64,000 nt of DNA from Octopus sinensis (taxonomy: Eukaryota): NCBI RefSeq assembly GCF_006345805.1, contig NC_043000.1, positions 38,750,001 through 38,814,000 on the forward strand, in the 5' to 3' direction. The position numbers and the translations under genes were made by a program. This document shows, in pieces, positions 36,481 through 48,891 of this stretch (positions are counted from its first letter, which is position 1; each line of letters opens with the position of its first letter). The notes under the pieces are model-generated. The model did no database searches. It had not been told where the DNA came from and saw only the letters and a program-made list of their open reading frames with translations.

Positions 36481-37497
36481 TATGGAGCAGAGGTACTCGC
36501 ATGGACAGTAGACGAAATAAACAGATTAGAGAGAGAGAGAGACAAAGAAGTTGCTAACTAGATATGGGACACTCCACCCAAAAAGTGACACAGACAGACT
36601 GTATGTACCAAGAAAAAGAGCGAGGAGAGGGCTTATTGGATGCGAACACAGCGTCAGAGCAGAAAACAACATTGTATGGTATGTAAAAATGCCACAGAAC
36701 CGCCATTATTAGAAGCAAGAAGGTCAGGCTTGTGTGGGATGAAAAGTTGCAAAGATAAAGCACTGTACAGGAAATTGAAAATGAATGGAACTGAAAATAG
36801 GTGGATAAAGAAAAGAAGGCAAGGACAATTCATCAGAATGTGATAAGTGCAGAATTTATGGACAAAATGGTGAAACCGTACGGCATACTGCCACTCAATG
36901 TACGCCACTAACCCGGAGGGAATATAAGAGACGCCAGGACAATATAACAAGGCTTGTCCACTGGATACCTTGCAACAAGTATGGACTTGACACAGCAAAA
37001 GTGTGATACGACCATATACCTGAAAGTATCATCGAAAATATCAATGCAAAGATCCTGTGGGATTTTATGATTCAGTGCGACCATGCGATATAGAATAGGA
37101 AGACAGACATTGTCATAAATGAGAAAGAAAACAAACTACGCTGGATCATAGATATAGCATGCTCTGCTGACAACAAGGTAAGCGATAAGGAAGAAAGAAA
37201 AGCAGATAAATGTAACAGGTTAGCTTGGGAAGTTACGCAGTTGTGGTCGATGAAAAAGGTAGCACTAGTACCAATAATTGTCGGAGCCCTGGGAACAGTG
37301 AGTAAAAATCTTGAGAAGTACATGGAACAAATAGGGGCTGCAATAAGGGTGGAACACTTACAGAAAACAGCACTGCTTGGAACCACTCGAATACTCCGGC
37401 AGGTGCTCGAAAAATAAGGGGGTGTTACCTTAGTTCACTAGTAGTGAACAGCTGACACCCTAGCAAATCTCCAGGGTTAGAGGCTGTGCAAAGGAAA
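36481..37497 (+). mobile_element. R4/Dong-like LINE fragment A (post-RT region + RLE endonuclease, internally deleted)
   Basis: LHPKSDTDRLYVPRK; KILWDFMIQCDHAI..RKTDIV..IIDIAC..KE..K; VPIIVGALG; LQKTALLGTTRILRQVLEK*; AAT-rich 3' flank. Confidence 0.85.
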
Positions 37498-37520
37498 TGA
37501 TATAATGATAATAATCATAA

Positions 37521-38072
37521 ATGCCCTGTGGCAGAACCCGGTACTGTCTCTCATGGCTACTGATCTTAACTGATTGGAAGTTTTATCATGCACATGTTAT
37601 GTCTTGGTGTAAAAAATGGGCTACAGCAAATATTCTGCTCATTACCATAGGTTTGTTGGTCAGTTGCTTGACCTTAACCAGTTGAGCATGTCCCTTAATG
37701 GCTAAAGATATGTGCATCTCTGATCTCGAGCAGAAGTAGTTGGGGAATATCATAGACATGTGTTGAGAGGAATTCTCCGAGGTTTGGATAATTCAAATCT
37801 GGAAACATGGGTGTTTTGTTCATCTTCTTTAAACAAACGTTATTCAGGGACCTTTTGAGCAGGATGGACCACTCGTCCTGAAGAAAATTCTAACTGGTCC
37901 ACTGTACAAGGTTATGCACACTTTATCTTGATATATGATCATAGTATCACGCACTTATGGTTGTGATACATGTGTCTAGTGTACCCTTATCAGACGGGTG
38001 GTCATGATGGGTATAGGTTTTCTATATTCGCGCCGAAGTGTCATTTTGATGGCCTGTGCTGCTCTCTCACTC
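37521..38072 (+). mobile_element. Unclassified ~550-bp non-coding repeat X (copy 0)
   Basis: Reverse complement of 43252-43805; ends CTCTCTCACTC-(AAT)n; no TIRs. Confidence 0.85.
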
Positions 38073-38089
38073 AATAATAATAATAATAA

Positions 38090-38270
38090 CAGATGGTTAG
38101 ATGAAATAGGTATAAAACCCAGTTGAGTACAGCTTCAGAAAACAGTGTTATTAGGGACGACTAGAATACATCTGGGCGTTCTTGACACCTATGATTACTT
38201 GTTGTAGTCTGATGTAAGGGATTTTTCTTTTCCAACTGTCCAATCTGTATTGTATATATGAATGATTTTG
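38090..38270 (+). mobile_element. Short Dong-like 3' end fragment
   Basis: WLDEIGIK..QLQKTVLLGTTRI, then UTR and (AAC)n. Confidence 0.65.
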
Positions 38271-38351
38271 ATAACAACAACAGCAACAACAACAACAACA
38301 ACGGCGACAACAACAACCAAACAACAACAACAACAACAACAACAACAATAA

Positions 38352-39503
38352 CACCATAGGACTGCAAAATACCTAGTTCAGAAGGAAGGAAAACTTATAC
38401 AAATAGCGGCAAAACACGAGCAAAACAAAAAAAACTGTTCTCAGTATTTAAAGAAGCTGACAAATACAAACAAGAAATCATACCACCTAACAAATATGAA
38501 GAAGAAGAAGAAGAAGAAGAAGAAGAAGAAGAAGAAGAAGAAGAAGAAGAAGAAGAAGAAGAAGAAGAAGAAGAAGAAGAAGAAGAAGAAGAAACAACAA
38601 AAGCTATAAAACAAATGAAATCCAAACTAAAGCTAGAACAGCAACGGACCATGATAAAACGATGGCAAGAAAAGCCCCTTCATGGCAAATACTGGACTAA
38701 ACTAAATGCAAAAGAAATAGACAAAGAAAAATTCCAGCAATGGTTGAGAAGCTCAAGACTCAAAGCAGAGATAGAGGGATTTTTAATTGCAGCACAAGAC
38801 CAAAGCCTCCCCACCAGAAATTACCAAAAACACGTAATGAAAAGAAATATAACGAGTAACTGCAAAATATGTGGAGATGAATAAGAAACAATAAATCATA
38901 TTATATCTGGCTGTCCAGTCCTGGCTAAGAAGGAATATATTCACAGACACGACAGAGTTGTAACCTACATACATTGGAAGCTATGCCAACATTATGGAAT
39001 AACAACAGAAAAAGATGGTATAGGCACACACCAGAAAAGGTCACAGAAAACGAGAAAGCTACCATAGTATGGGATATGCCAATACACACAGATAGAGAAA
39101 TTAAGGCCAACAGACTAGATATAGTTGTCAGAGATCATGAATAAAAAAACTGCTTTCTAATTGATGTATCAATACCAGCAGATGACAACGTGTCTTTAAA
39201 AGAAATGGAGAAACTTTCAAAATACAACGACCTGGAAATAGAGGTTACTAGAATGTAGTCTAAAAACAGAAACAATTCCTGTCATAGTAGGTGCATTAGG
39301 CACGATAAAAAAATATTCAAACAAATACATAGCAAAAACACCAGGACTTACAAACACATATAACATACAGAAAATTGCACTACTAGGCATGCACACATCC
39401 TACGCAGAACACCCAGAGCATCACAACAGATCACAGCACGTACCCAAGGCACACAGACCTGCGCTCGGTGGTGAAGTGAAAGCACGCTATAAAAATAAAA
39501 CCT

Positions 39504-39506
<3 letters not shown>
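38352..39506 (+). mobile_element. R4/Dong-like LINE fragment B (CCHC knuckle + RLE)
   Basis: RWQEKPLHGKYW; LKAEIEGFLIAAQDQSLPT; CKICGDE*ETINHIISGCPVLAKKEYIHRHDRV; IVWDMPIHTD..RLDIV; followed by (AAT)n at 39507-39592. Confidence 0.9.
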
Positions 39507-39587
<81 letters not shown>

Positions 39588-39779
39588 TATAATAACATTT
39601 CAAGATGCAAGTTACCCTTCACGGAGCTAAAGAAATAAGAAGAGCGCGACTGTTATTGATAATAGAGATAGAGATTGACTCTATTATTGAATGAAAATGA
39701 AACGAATGAAAAATATTTCGACTCTCCGTCTGCCTTTCAAAATATGAAATGAAATTAAATTCAAGGATAGGAAACGCTG

Positions 39780-40017
39780 CAAGAAGAAGAAGAAGAGAAG
39801 AAGAAGAAGAAGAAGAAGAAGAAGAAGAAGAAGAAGAAGAAGAAGAAGAAGAAGAAGAAGAAGAGAAGAAGAAGAAGAAGAAGAAGAAGAAGAAGAAGAA
39901 GAAGAAGAAGAAGAAGAAGAAAGAAGAAGAAGAAGAAGAAGAAGAAGAAGAAGAAGAAGAAGAAGAAGAAGAAGAAGAAGAAGAAGAAGAAGAAGAAGAA
40001 GAAGAAGAAGAAGAAAT
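39780..40017. repeat. About 240-bp interrupted (GAA)n tract
   Basis: Direct reading. Confidence 0.95.
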
Positions 40018-40294
40018 AAGTGGCAAACAAACTATAACAGAGAGAACTGAAATTACACGAGTCTCAGGCAATCAGCTGAGGGAAAATGGCTGACCGCTAC
40101 GAATTCCGCCATATTTAGTCATTCATTTGTTTATGTACTTATTTATTTGTTTATATTTACCTTAATTTCCTGCTGGAATTAAATAATTAAATGGTAAATA
40201 TTGATATATTATTAGTTGTTTATGTCTTTTTTAGTTAATTTTTGTTTGTTTGTTTATCATTATTCTTTTTAGTTAATTCGTTTTTAACCACCAT

Positions 40295-40460
40295 AAGCAC
40301 GTGTGTGGTTATGTCGTAAGCAGTTTCCTTTCCAACCACATTGTTCCGAGGTTCAATCCCATTGCGTGATACATTGAGCAAGTGTCTTTTACAATATCTT
40401 TCAACCAACCAAATCCTAGTGAATGGATGTGACAGACGGGAAATGAAATCGTCATATATA
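40295..40460 (+). mobile_element. Degenerate SINE head A
   Basis: CAACCACATTGTTCCGAGGTTCAATCCC...GAGCAAGTGTCTT. Confidence 0.7.
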
Positions 40461-40991
40461 TATATACGTGTTTTTCATCTTTAAAGAAGAACCGACTATG
40501 GATTTAGTCAATTGTATGCTTTTAGAACACTGTGACATCTATGCTGGTTCAAGAAAACAAATTAGTATTATTATTATTTACTATTAATATGCATGTTTTT
40601 TACAATCACTCGACGAGACACACCCAGCATCCTTGTGTGTGTGAAGGATGTTACAGTATGATTGAAAGCTTAGGGAGGGAAAGTGGCTGGGACAGTAGAG
40701 AAATATTTTCATGTATTACAACACGTACATTTAAATGGATAGGGTTTTTCGTAGGATGTGGGTTGTACACACAATCTTTTGGATTTCTATGAGACATGGT
40801 TCACCTGGAATATTATCTAGATGTTTTTGACATCCCTTTCTTATTATACCCACAGCACCAACTACAATAGGAACAGTTCCCGCTTTAAAAGGACACATCT
40901 TTTGTATTTCAAATTCCAGGTCAATATATTTACTTAATTGACGAATACTTTATAGATAGATATTTATATATTCATTATTATTATTATTATT

Positions 40992-43236
40992 CTATGTTTG
41001 ACTTTTGCTTTATATCTGTACAAGTTGGCTCCAAGTCTCACCCAGAGACCTCAAGAGACAACAGGTTGGAAGTTCTGTGCCATATATTTTGGGTTTTTTT
41101 TTGTACTAGTGAATGTCTAATACATTAAAAAAAAAAAAATAAATAATAAAAAATGTTGTTTTAAACCTTGGGATTACATAGAGAGTATTTTGCGAAGGAT
41201 ATGAGCAGTTCCCATGAGCACTATCTTTTGAATTTCTGCCATTTTGGGGTTTCCTGGAATCTGAGTTAGGTAGCAATCAGTCCCTTTCGCTATCATTCCC
41301 AGGGCACCTATGACAGCTTCCACATTTTGCTGATTTCTATTTCAAGATCTTTATATTTGCTCAGATTTTGGTAGGTCTTGACAGATACGTTTATATCGAT
41401 TGGGACAGTCATATCAATGAGGAGGCATGTTCTTTGTCTGAAGTCTTTCAATATAATGTCTGGCATATTTGCATCTATCTTCCTGTCAGTTTGAATGGGG
41501 AAGTTCCAGAGGAGTGAGATGTGGTCATTTTCAAGCACAGGAGGTGGATTGTGTTCCCACCAGTTTTTTTCATGGGGCAAATCCAGGTTTTTGCAAATTA
41601 CCCAGTGAATATATTGTGCAGCTCTATCATGCCTACTGAGGTACTCTGTAGGCGCTAGAAGACTTCATTTGGAGACCACATGGTCAATGGTTTCATTTTG
41701 TTGTCGGCATACACGACATGTTGGGCTACTGCCGTTCTTTAATATGTTGGCCTGGCAGTTTCATGTTGGTAGGCATTGATCTTGAGCTGCTATGATAAAC
41801 CCCTCTGTTTCAGATTTTAAGCCAGAGGCCATTAGCCATTGATGGGTCAGGGCTTTGTCGATATCTGCATTATTCGCTCTCTTTGGGTATTTGCCATAGA
41901 GAGGTTTTTCTTGCCATTTATTATTCATAATATCTAAGGCCGCAGTTTTGGCACGGGTTTTCATGCGCCTAGCTTTTTCTGTGCTTGTTTCTTGTATATC
42001 TATCTCTAATTCCGAAATTGGTTGTATTCGGAATTCACTTAGATATTCCTTTGCCTGTTTTGTGACTGAGTATGATGTTTTCTTGTTTTCATGTTTTGAG
42101 ACAAGTTTTAACATCCAGTCCTCAGAGTTTTTCAGGTAGGTGTCTAGGCCAATTGTAGCAATCTTCATTGTTATTGCCAGTTGCAAAAGACCACGGCCTC
42201 CCTCTTTTCTTGGCAGATAGAGTCGTTCTGTATCTGCCTTAGGGTGGTGCATTCTATGCATTGTCAACAGTTTCCTTATTTTTCTGTCGAGCTGACATAT
42301 TTCAGTAATTGACCAATTAACAATATTGAAACTGTAAGTCACGACTGGTGTGGCTAATGCATTGATCGCTTCCATCCTGTTTCTTGCATTCAGCTCTGTC
42401 TTGAGTATTGCTCTCACTCTTCGATAGTATTCTCTCCTGATCCTTTCCTTCATCTCTGAATGCCTTATTCCGTTCCCTTCAATTACCCCTAGGTACTTGT
42501 AGCTCTCCGCTGGGTCTAGTTCTGTTGGTCAAGGTTAACGTTAGATGTTTCTGTCATTTTTCCTTTGATAAAGGTAGCCTTTGCACATTTATCGAGGCCG
42601 AATTGCATTCTGATATCGTCACTGAATTGTTTGACTATCACTAGTAAGCCCTTGAGTTGTTGGTCACTTTTTGCAAAAAGCTTTAAATCATCCATGTAAA
42701 CGAGATGATTTATATTTTTATCAAACATTTTATACCCGTACTGCGCGTCATTGAGCAGCTTTGAGAGAGGTATTAAGGATAAACAAAAGAGGAGTGGTGA
42801 CAGTGAGTCACCCTGGAAAATGCCACACGAAATTTTTACATCACCAGCATTTAGGGATTCATTGTCACTGTTCAGAGTTAGTGTGGTTCTCCATGATCTC
42901 ATACTTACAGTCAAGAAGTTTCGCAGAGTAGGTGCTATCTTATACATTTCCAGGCATTTCCTAATCCAGCTATGTGGTAGGCTATCAAAAGCCTTTTTAT
43001 AGTCTATCCAGGCTATTGATAAGTTTTTGTATCGTTTGTGACAATCTTCTAAGATTATCTTATTGATGAGTAGTTGGTCTTTACAGCCGTAAGATCCACG
43101 TTTACATCCTTTCTGTTCATTAGGGAATATGCTGCTGTCTGTTAAAAAAACTATAGGTATATTCCGTCAGGACAGATGTTAGTGTTTTGTACATAGTTGT
43201 TAAGCAGGTTATGGGTCTATAGTTTTTTGGTTCATT
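40992..43236 (-). mobile_element. R4/Dong-like LINE fragment C (RT + CCHC + RLE; 5'-truncated, frameshifted)
   Basis: NYRPITCL; WIDYKKAFDS; GIFQGDSLSPLLF; HLVYMDDLKLF; YKYLG; HPKADTERLYLPRKEGGRGL; AAQDQCLPT; CRVC..ETIDHVVSKC; PDII..IDMTVP..KYKDL; (AAT)n on both sides. Confidence 0.95.
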
Positions 43237-43251
43237 ATTATTATTATTATT

Positions 43252-43805
43252 GAGTGAGAGAGCAGTTCATGCCATCAAAGTGACACTGGGGTAAAATATA
43301 CGAAGCCCAATATACCCATCATGACTACCCGTCTGATAAAGGTACACCAGGCACATGCATCACAACCATATGTGCGCGACATGGTGATCTCATATCAAGA
43401 TAAACAGCACATGACCTTGCAGGTGGGGCCCAGTTAGAATTTTCTTCAGGTTGAGTAGCCCATCCCGCTCAAACGGTCCCTGAATAAGGGTTGTTTAGGA
43501 TGTTGAAAGAACCACCCATGTTTCCAGAGGTGAACTATTCAAACCCCAAGAATCCCTCTCAACACATGGCTATGATGCTCCCCCACTACTTCTGCTCGTG
43601 ATCAGAGATGCACATATCGTCAGCCACTAAGGGACATGCTCAACTGGTTACGGTCAAACAACTGACAAGCAAATCTGTGGTATTGAGCAGAATATTTGCT
43701 GTAGCCCATCTTTTATACCAAGACAAAACAATGTACATGATAACACTTCCAATCAGTTAAGATCAGAAGCCATGAGAGCCACTGCCTGGTACTGCATCAG
43801 GGCAT
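43252..43805 (-). mobile_element. Repeat X copy 1 (full length)
   Basis: Tandem with copy 2; flanked by (TTA)n. Confidence 0.9.
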
Positions 43806-43832
43806 ATTATTATTATTATTATTATTATTATT

Positions 43833-44371
43833 GAGTGAGAGAGCAGTGCATGTCATCAAAGTGTCACTGGGGTAAAATATACGAAGCCCAGTATACCCAT
43901 CATGACTACCCGTCTGATAAGGGTACACCAGGCACATGCATCACAACCATATGTGCGTGACATAGTGATTTCATATCAAGATAAACATCGCATAACCTTG
44001 CAGGTGGGTCTCAATTAGAATTTTCTCCAGGTCGCGTAACCCATCCTCCTCAAAAGGTTCCTGAATAAGGGTTGTTTAAGGATGTTGAACGAAACACCCA
44101 TGTTTCCAGAGGTGACTTATTCAAACCCCAAAGAATCACCTTCAACACATGGCTGTGATGCTCCTGCACTACTTCTGCTCGTGATCAGAGATGCACATAT
44201 CGTCAGCCGCTAAGGGACATTGTCAACTAGTTAAGGATAAACAACTGACAAGGAAATCTGTGGTATTGAGCAGAATATTTGCTGTAGTCCATCTTTTATA
44301 CCAAGACAAAACAATGTACATGATAACTCAATCAGTTAAGATCAGAAGCTATGAGAGCCACTGCCTGGTAC
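43833..44371 (-). mobile_element. Repeat X copy 2 (about 13 nt shorter at the inferred 5' end)
   Basis: Same TTGAGTGAGAGAGCAG end; lacks TGCATCAGGGCAT. Confidence 0.9.
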
Positions 44372-44425
<54 letters not shown>

Positions 44426-44461
44426 CATCATCATCATCATCATGAGGCGGGGAATGGCATA

Positions 44462-44730
44462 GGCGGCGAGCTGGTAATGGCGGTGTGCTGTTAAAACCTG
44501 TGATCTATCAAAAGCGGTCAGCTGACAAAGGCAGAATGTTTATCATGTCGAGCGAAATACTTAGCGGTATTTCATGTATTTACTTTCTGAGTTCAAATTC
44601 CGACGAGGTCGACTTTGCCTTTCATCCTTTCGGCATCGATAAACTAAGTACCAGTGGAACAGTGGAATCGACTATTCCCCAACCCCCATCACCACCCACA
44701 AATTTCAAACCGTGTGCCTTCAGTAGAAAA
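44462..44730 (+). mobile_element. SINE family C (interrupted head)
   Basis: GAGTTCAAATTCCGACGAGGTCGACTTTGCCTTTCATCCTTTCGG. Confidence 0.8.
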
Positions 44731-44829
44731 TGTTATTATTTATTTAATTTTATTTCAGGTGTTGTTGGAACTCCCGAAGTTTTGCATGCGTAGAGCACCA
44801 ACTTCATTTTCCAAAGCCGGGCTATTTCG

Positions 44830-46000
44830 TACATGAGAGGATTGTATATGTCTATTTTCTCGCCTTCCTTCTACACTATTCGTGGGTCAAACGCGCATGC
44901 AACATCAACTATATAGCATATGGGGTGCAACTTGTCGACTAATATTAGATCCGGTCTGTTACGCTCTAGTACATGACCTGTGGAGTTTTCAAGTCTCCGA
45001 CTCCATATTTCTCCACGGTTTGTGTTCATATCACGTCTTGCATCTCTCTAGCCCTCACTTTTCGTACAGTTTCTAATGTAGCACTTTCGCTACCTCATCG
45101 TCTTTATGGCATTCATTCGCGATATGGGCGACTCTATTACAGACGCAGTGGACAGTGTACACACTCTCTCATTTCTAAGGTTGACCCTCCGATTCGTGGC
45201 CAAATCTTGGTCTTGCGCTGCCAGCATGTTGTTTTTTGTCTCTTTTTTCAATGTTCCTTTCTTCAGCCAATCCCACCCATTTTTTCCAGCAACTTCAGTT
45301 GTGGCGAAATGGAATTGATTGTGTCGTCCTTTGTTGCGCAATGCTTCTGCATGACCTTCTTATACTTCTTCCTTCGCTTCTCCTTAATTCTCTTCTTCCA
45401 GTACTCTCTCATTCCTGACACTAGGAAGGTTTTCTTACTTTGGACTGAGTTCGATACATACTCAGTGTTCCACACATGTCAATCCCCTTCGTCCACTTGC
45501 TCTCTTCATGTAAAGGCGATCAGTGCCTTCACGTGGAAGATGGGTTTCATGCATCATTAGAAGCTTTCTTGTCTTTCTCTACAACTTTAGCTCCTCTTCT
45601 GTCCACTTCTGGATTCCAGCGCCATACTGGACTGCGCGCACGTTTATCGCCGAAATTATGCTTTTTGCACTCAGCTTTGAAGCCAGGATTTTTCTCAGTT
45701 GCCGCAGGTACACTTTCTTTGTCTTTTCTTTCATATCGTTGTCTTTAATTCCATCTGCCTCAAACATTCTCAGATATTTATAACCTGATTTCGATTCAAT
45801 TGCTTTCATCATTTCACCACTTGGCATACATGTGCCTTCTGTCCTGACAAGCTTTCTTCGTCTTATCGCCATCGTATCACATTTTGAGAGACTAAACTCT
45901 ATCTTGATATCATACGAGAAAATCCGCACCGACTAGATTGGACTGTCCAGATCTTTCTCACTTCCAGTGGTCCATGAATAGCAAGTGGTGCAGTTTTCCC
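44830..46000 (-). mobile_element. R4/Dong-like LINE fragment D (older, more decayed)
   Basis: HHLLFMDH (MDD region); GYKYL; KILASKLSAKSIISAIN; TDRLYMKR..GRRGL; WDWLKKGTLKKET..MLAAQDQDL. Confidence 0.8.
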
Positions 46001-46054
46001 TTATCACTTCCCACATGATGCCCCAACTTTTTTCTTCAGTATAAATATATATAT

Positions 46055-46520
46055 GCATAGGAGTGACTGTATGGTAAATAGCTTGATTCCGGGTTCAATC
46101 CAACTGCTTGGTACCTTGGTCAAGTGTCTTCCACTATAGCCTCGGGTCGACCAAAACCTTGAGAGTGGATTTTGTGGACGGAAACTGAAAGAAGCCCGTC
46201 GTATATATGCACGTATGCATATATATATATGTGTGTGTATGTATGTGTATATATATATATATATATATGTGTGTGTATGTGTGTGTGTGCGTGTGTGTGT
46301 GTGCGTGTATTTGAGTTTCTGTGTTTGTCCCCCCAACATTGCTTGATAACCGATGCTGGTGTGTTTACGTCCCTATGGAACGTTGCAGTTCGGCAAAAGA
46401 CACCGATAAAATAAGTACTAGGCTTAAAAAGAATAAGTCCTGGGGTCGATTTGCTCGATTAAAGGCGGTGCTCCAGCATGGCCACAGTCAAATGACTGAA
46501 ACAAGTAAAAGCGTAAAAGA
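46055..46520 (+). mobile_element. Composite SINE A-B
   Basis: Head, internal TA/TG microsatellite and complete tail B. Confidence 0.9.
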
Positions 46521-46622
46521 GTATAATATATATATATATATATATACATACACACATATATATCCGTTTGTTTTTGACTGTCAGAATACTCGATATCATA
46601 GTAAAGATTATTTTACATAATT

Positions 46623-46665
<43 letters not shown>

Positions 46666-46931
46666 CAGCAGCAGCAGCAGCCAGCAGCAGCAGCAGCAGC
46701 AGTAATCGTTTCGATTTACTGTGCTAAATGTTATTAGCTAATAATCTGATAACATCTTCATGAGTCATCGCGTCAGAAGTATTTCCATTTTTACCAATTT
46801 TCTTTCTAAATCCAATCCTGAGATTACTTTTAAAGAAATCAAATATCATTTTAAAGCCTGCATTACACACACACACACACACACACACGCAAGTGCACAC
46901 ACATACATGTATACGCACACACATACGCACA

Positions 46932-47015
<84 letters not shown>

Positions 47016-47294
47016 ATGTGTTTGTTGTATGTATGCATGTATGTATATTGTGTTTATTGGTATAAGAGAGAAAGTGTAGATGTTGACTAGCAAAGCAATA
47101 GATACATTGTTGATTGATTATAGAAGAAGATTAGTCTATATTTAGAAATCGATCGAGAAATATTTTAATTAGAATTAAAATAAGCCCATTAACCATGCCA
47201 GTAATTTAGAACAGGTAACCATAGCAAAGGTCACTGTAGCCTCGAGCTAAATGGCAGTCGTTGTTTTAAACTAATATTTCAATTGTTCTTACTG

Positions 47295-47455
47295 GCATAC
47301 CCGCTTGGTAAGATGCTTGCTTCCCAACGGCATAGTTTGAAGTTCAATCCCACAGCCTGGCCCCTATGAGCGAGTGCCTCCAACCACAGCTCCAAACAAC
47401 CAAATATTTGTGAGTGAATTTAGTAGACAGAAACTGAAGGAAGCCCTTGTTTTAT
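47295..47455 (+). mobile_element. Degenerate SINE head A
   Basis: GGTAAGATGCTTGCTTCCCAAC...GTGAGTGAATTTAGTAGACAGAAACTGAAGGAAGCCC. Confidence 0.7.
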
Positions 47456-47475
47456 ATATGTGCATATATATATAT

Positions 47476-47508
<33 letters not shown>

Positions 47509-47561
47509 ATACATACATTGTGTACAGGACATCACCAACGAATGAAAAATACATAAACACA

Positions 47562-47693
47562 CGGTTCCGGGTTCAGTCCCACTGCGTGGCACTATGGGCA
47601 AGTGTCTTCTACTATAATCTCGGGCCTACCAAAGCCTTGTGAGATTTGGTAGACGGAAACTGAAAGAAGCCCGTCATGTATATATGTGTGTGT

Positions 47694-47726
<33 letters not shown>

Positions 47727-47912
47727 AGTGCGTGTGTGTGTGTCTTTGTGTCTGTGCTTGTACCCTACTCCATCACTTGGCAACCGATTTTGGCATGTTT
47801 ATGTTCTCCCCCCTCCGAAACTTTCCGAAGCTTAGAAAGAATAAGCTGTAGGGTCGATTTTTTCGGCCGTGCTCTTGCATGGCCGAAGGGAAATGACTGA
47901 AGCGTGTAAAAT
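47562..47912 (+). mobile_element. 5'-truncated composite SINE A-B
   Basis: GGTTCCGGGTTCAGTCCCACTGCGTGGC through tail B. Confidence 0.85.
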
Positions 47913-48002
47913 AGCAACACACACACACACATATATATAAGGCAAATGATAAAAAGTAACATATATGCGTACACAAAAACAGACAAACCCACACATATAA
48001 AT

Positions 48003-48042
<40 letters not shown>

Positions 48043-48344
48043 TATATATATATATATACATGCGAGTGTTTCTGATCGACGAAACCACTTCTTGCTCACC
48101 GGTGATGAGGTGTTTACGCCGCCGTTCTGCAAGAGCCCGATAGAAAACTTAACAGACTTAAGAAATAAGCACCGGGGGGGGGGGTAGTGCTCCAGCATGG
48201 CTGCAATCCAATGACCGAAATAAGTAAAATATAGATATATAACAATTGATGATCTTCGTAAAAATTCAATAAACACCATTCCTATTCGTTGATATAAGTC
48301 ATTTCACTCTTTACACCAAACGATATCTTTTTCTCTGTTATCTC

Positions 48345-48629
48345 ATGCTTGTAGCAGTCGTTCAACTGGGGCACGGCCTTGAAGAATTTTAGACAGATCA
48401 ATCACCCACGGTACTTTGGATGTGCTTTCTTTTTTTCTTTTGAAACATGGTACTTATTCTATGGGACTCTACCGGATTGCTAGATTACAGGGACACAAAC
48501 ACACCGACACCTCTGGTCAAGCAGTTAGTGAGATGGCCAGACAAAAATACAGAGACACAGACATTGATATCTCTGTTTATGAATGTATGTATGCTTGTAT
48601 GTATGTATGTATGTATGTATGTATGTATG

Positions 48630-48693
<64 letters not shown>

Positions 48694-48891
48694 TATATGT
48701 ATGTGTATACATATATAACTATGTACGTTTGTACGATAGGCTTCTTTCAGTTTCCGTTCACCAAAAATCCACTCAAAATGTTTTCGTCGACCCGAGGCTG
48801 TAGTTGGAGACACTCGTCAAGTTGCCACGCATTGGGACTGAACCCGTAACCATGTAGTTGTGAAACTAACTTCTTGCTATACACCCACGCC
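48345..48891 (-). mobile_element. Composite SINE A-B
   Basis: Reverse complement of the consensus with an expanded internal microsatellite. Confidence 0.8.

Noticed and set aside
43580-43710. HDV-like ribozyme in element X
   Set aside because: P2 and P3 can be drawn, but P1 needs a bulge, the P1.1 GG is missing and J4/2 lacks the conserved A; kept only as a possible pseudoknot
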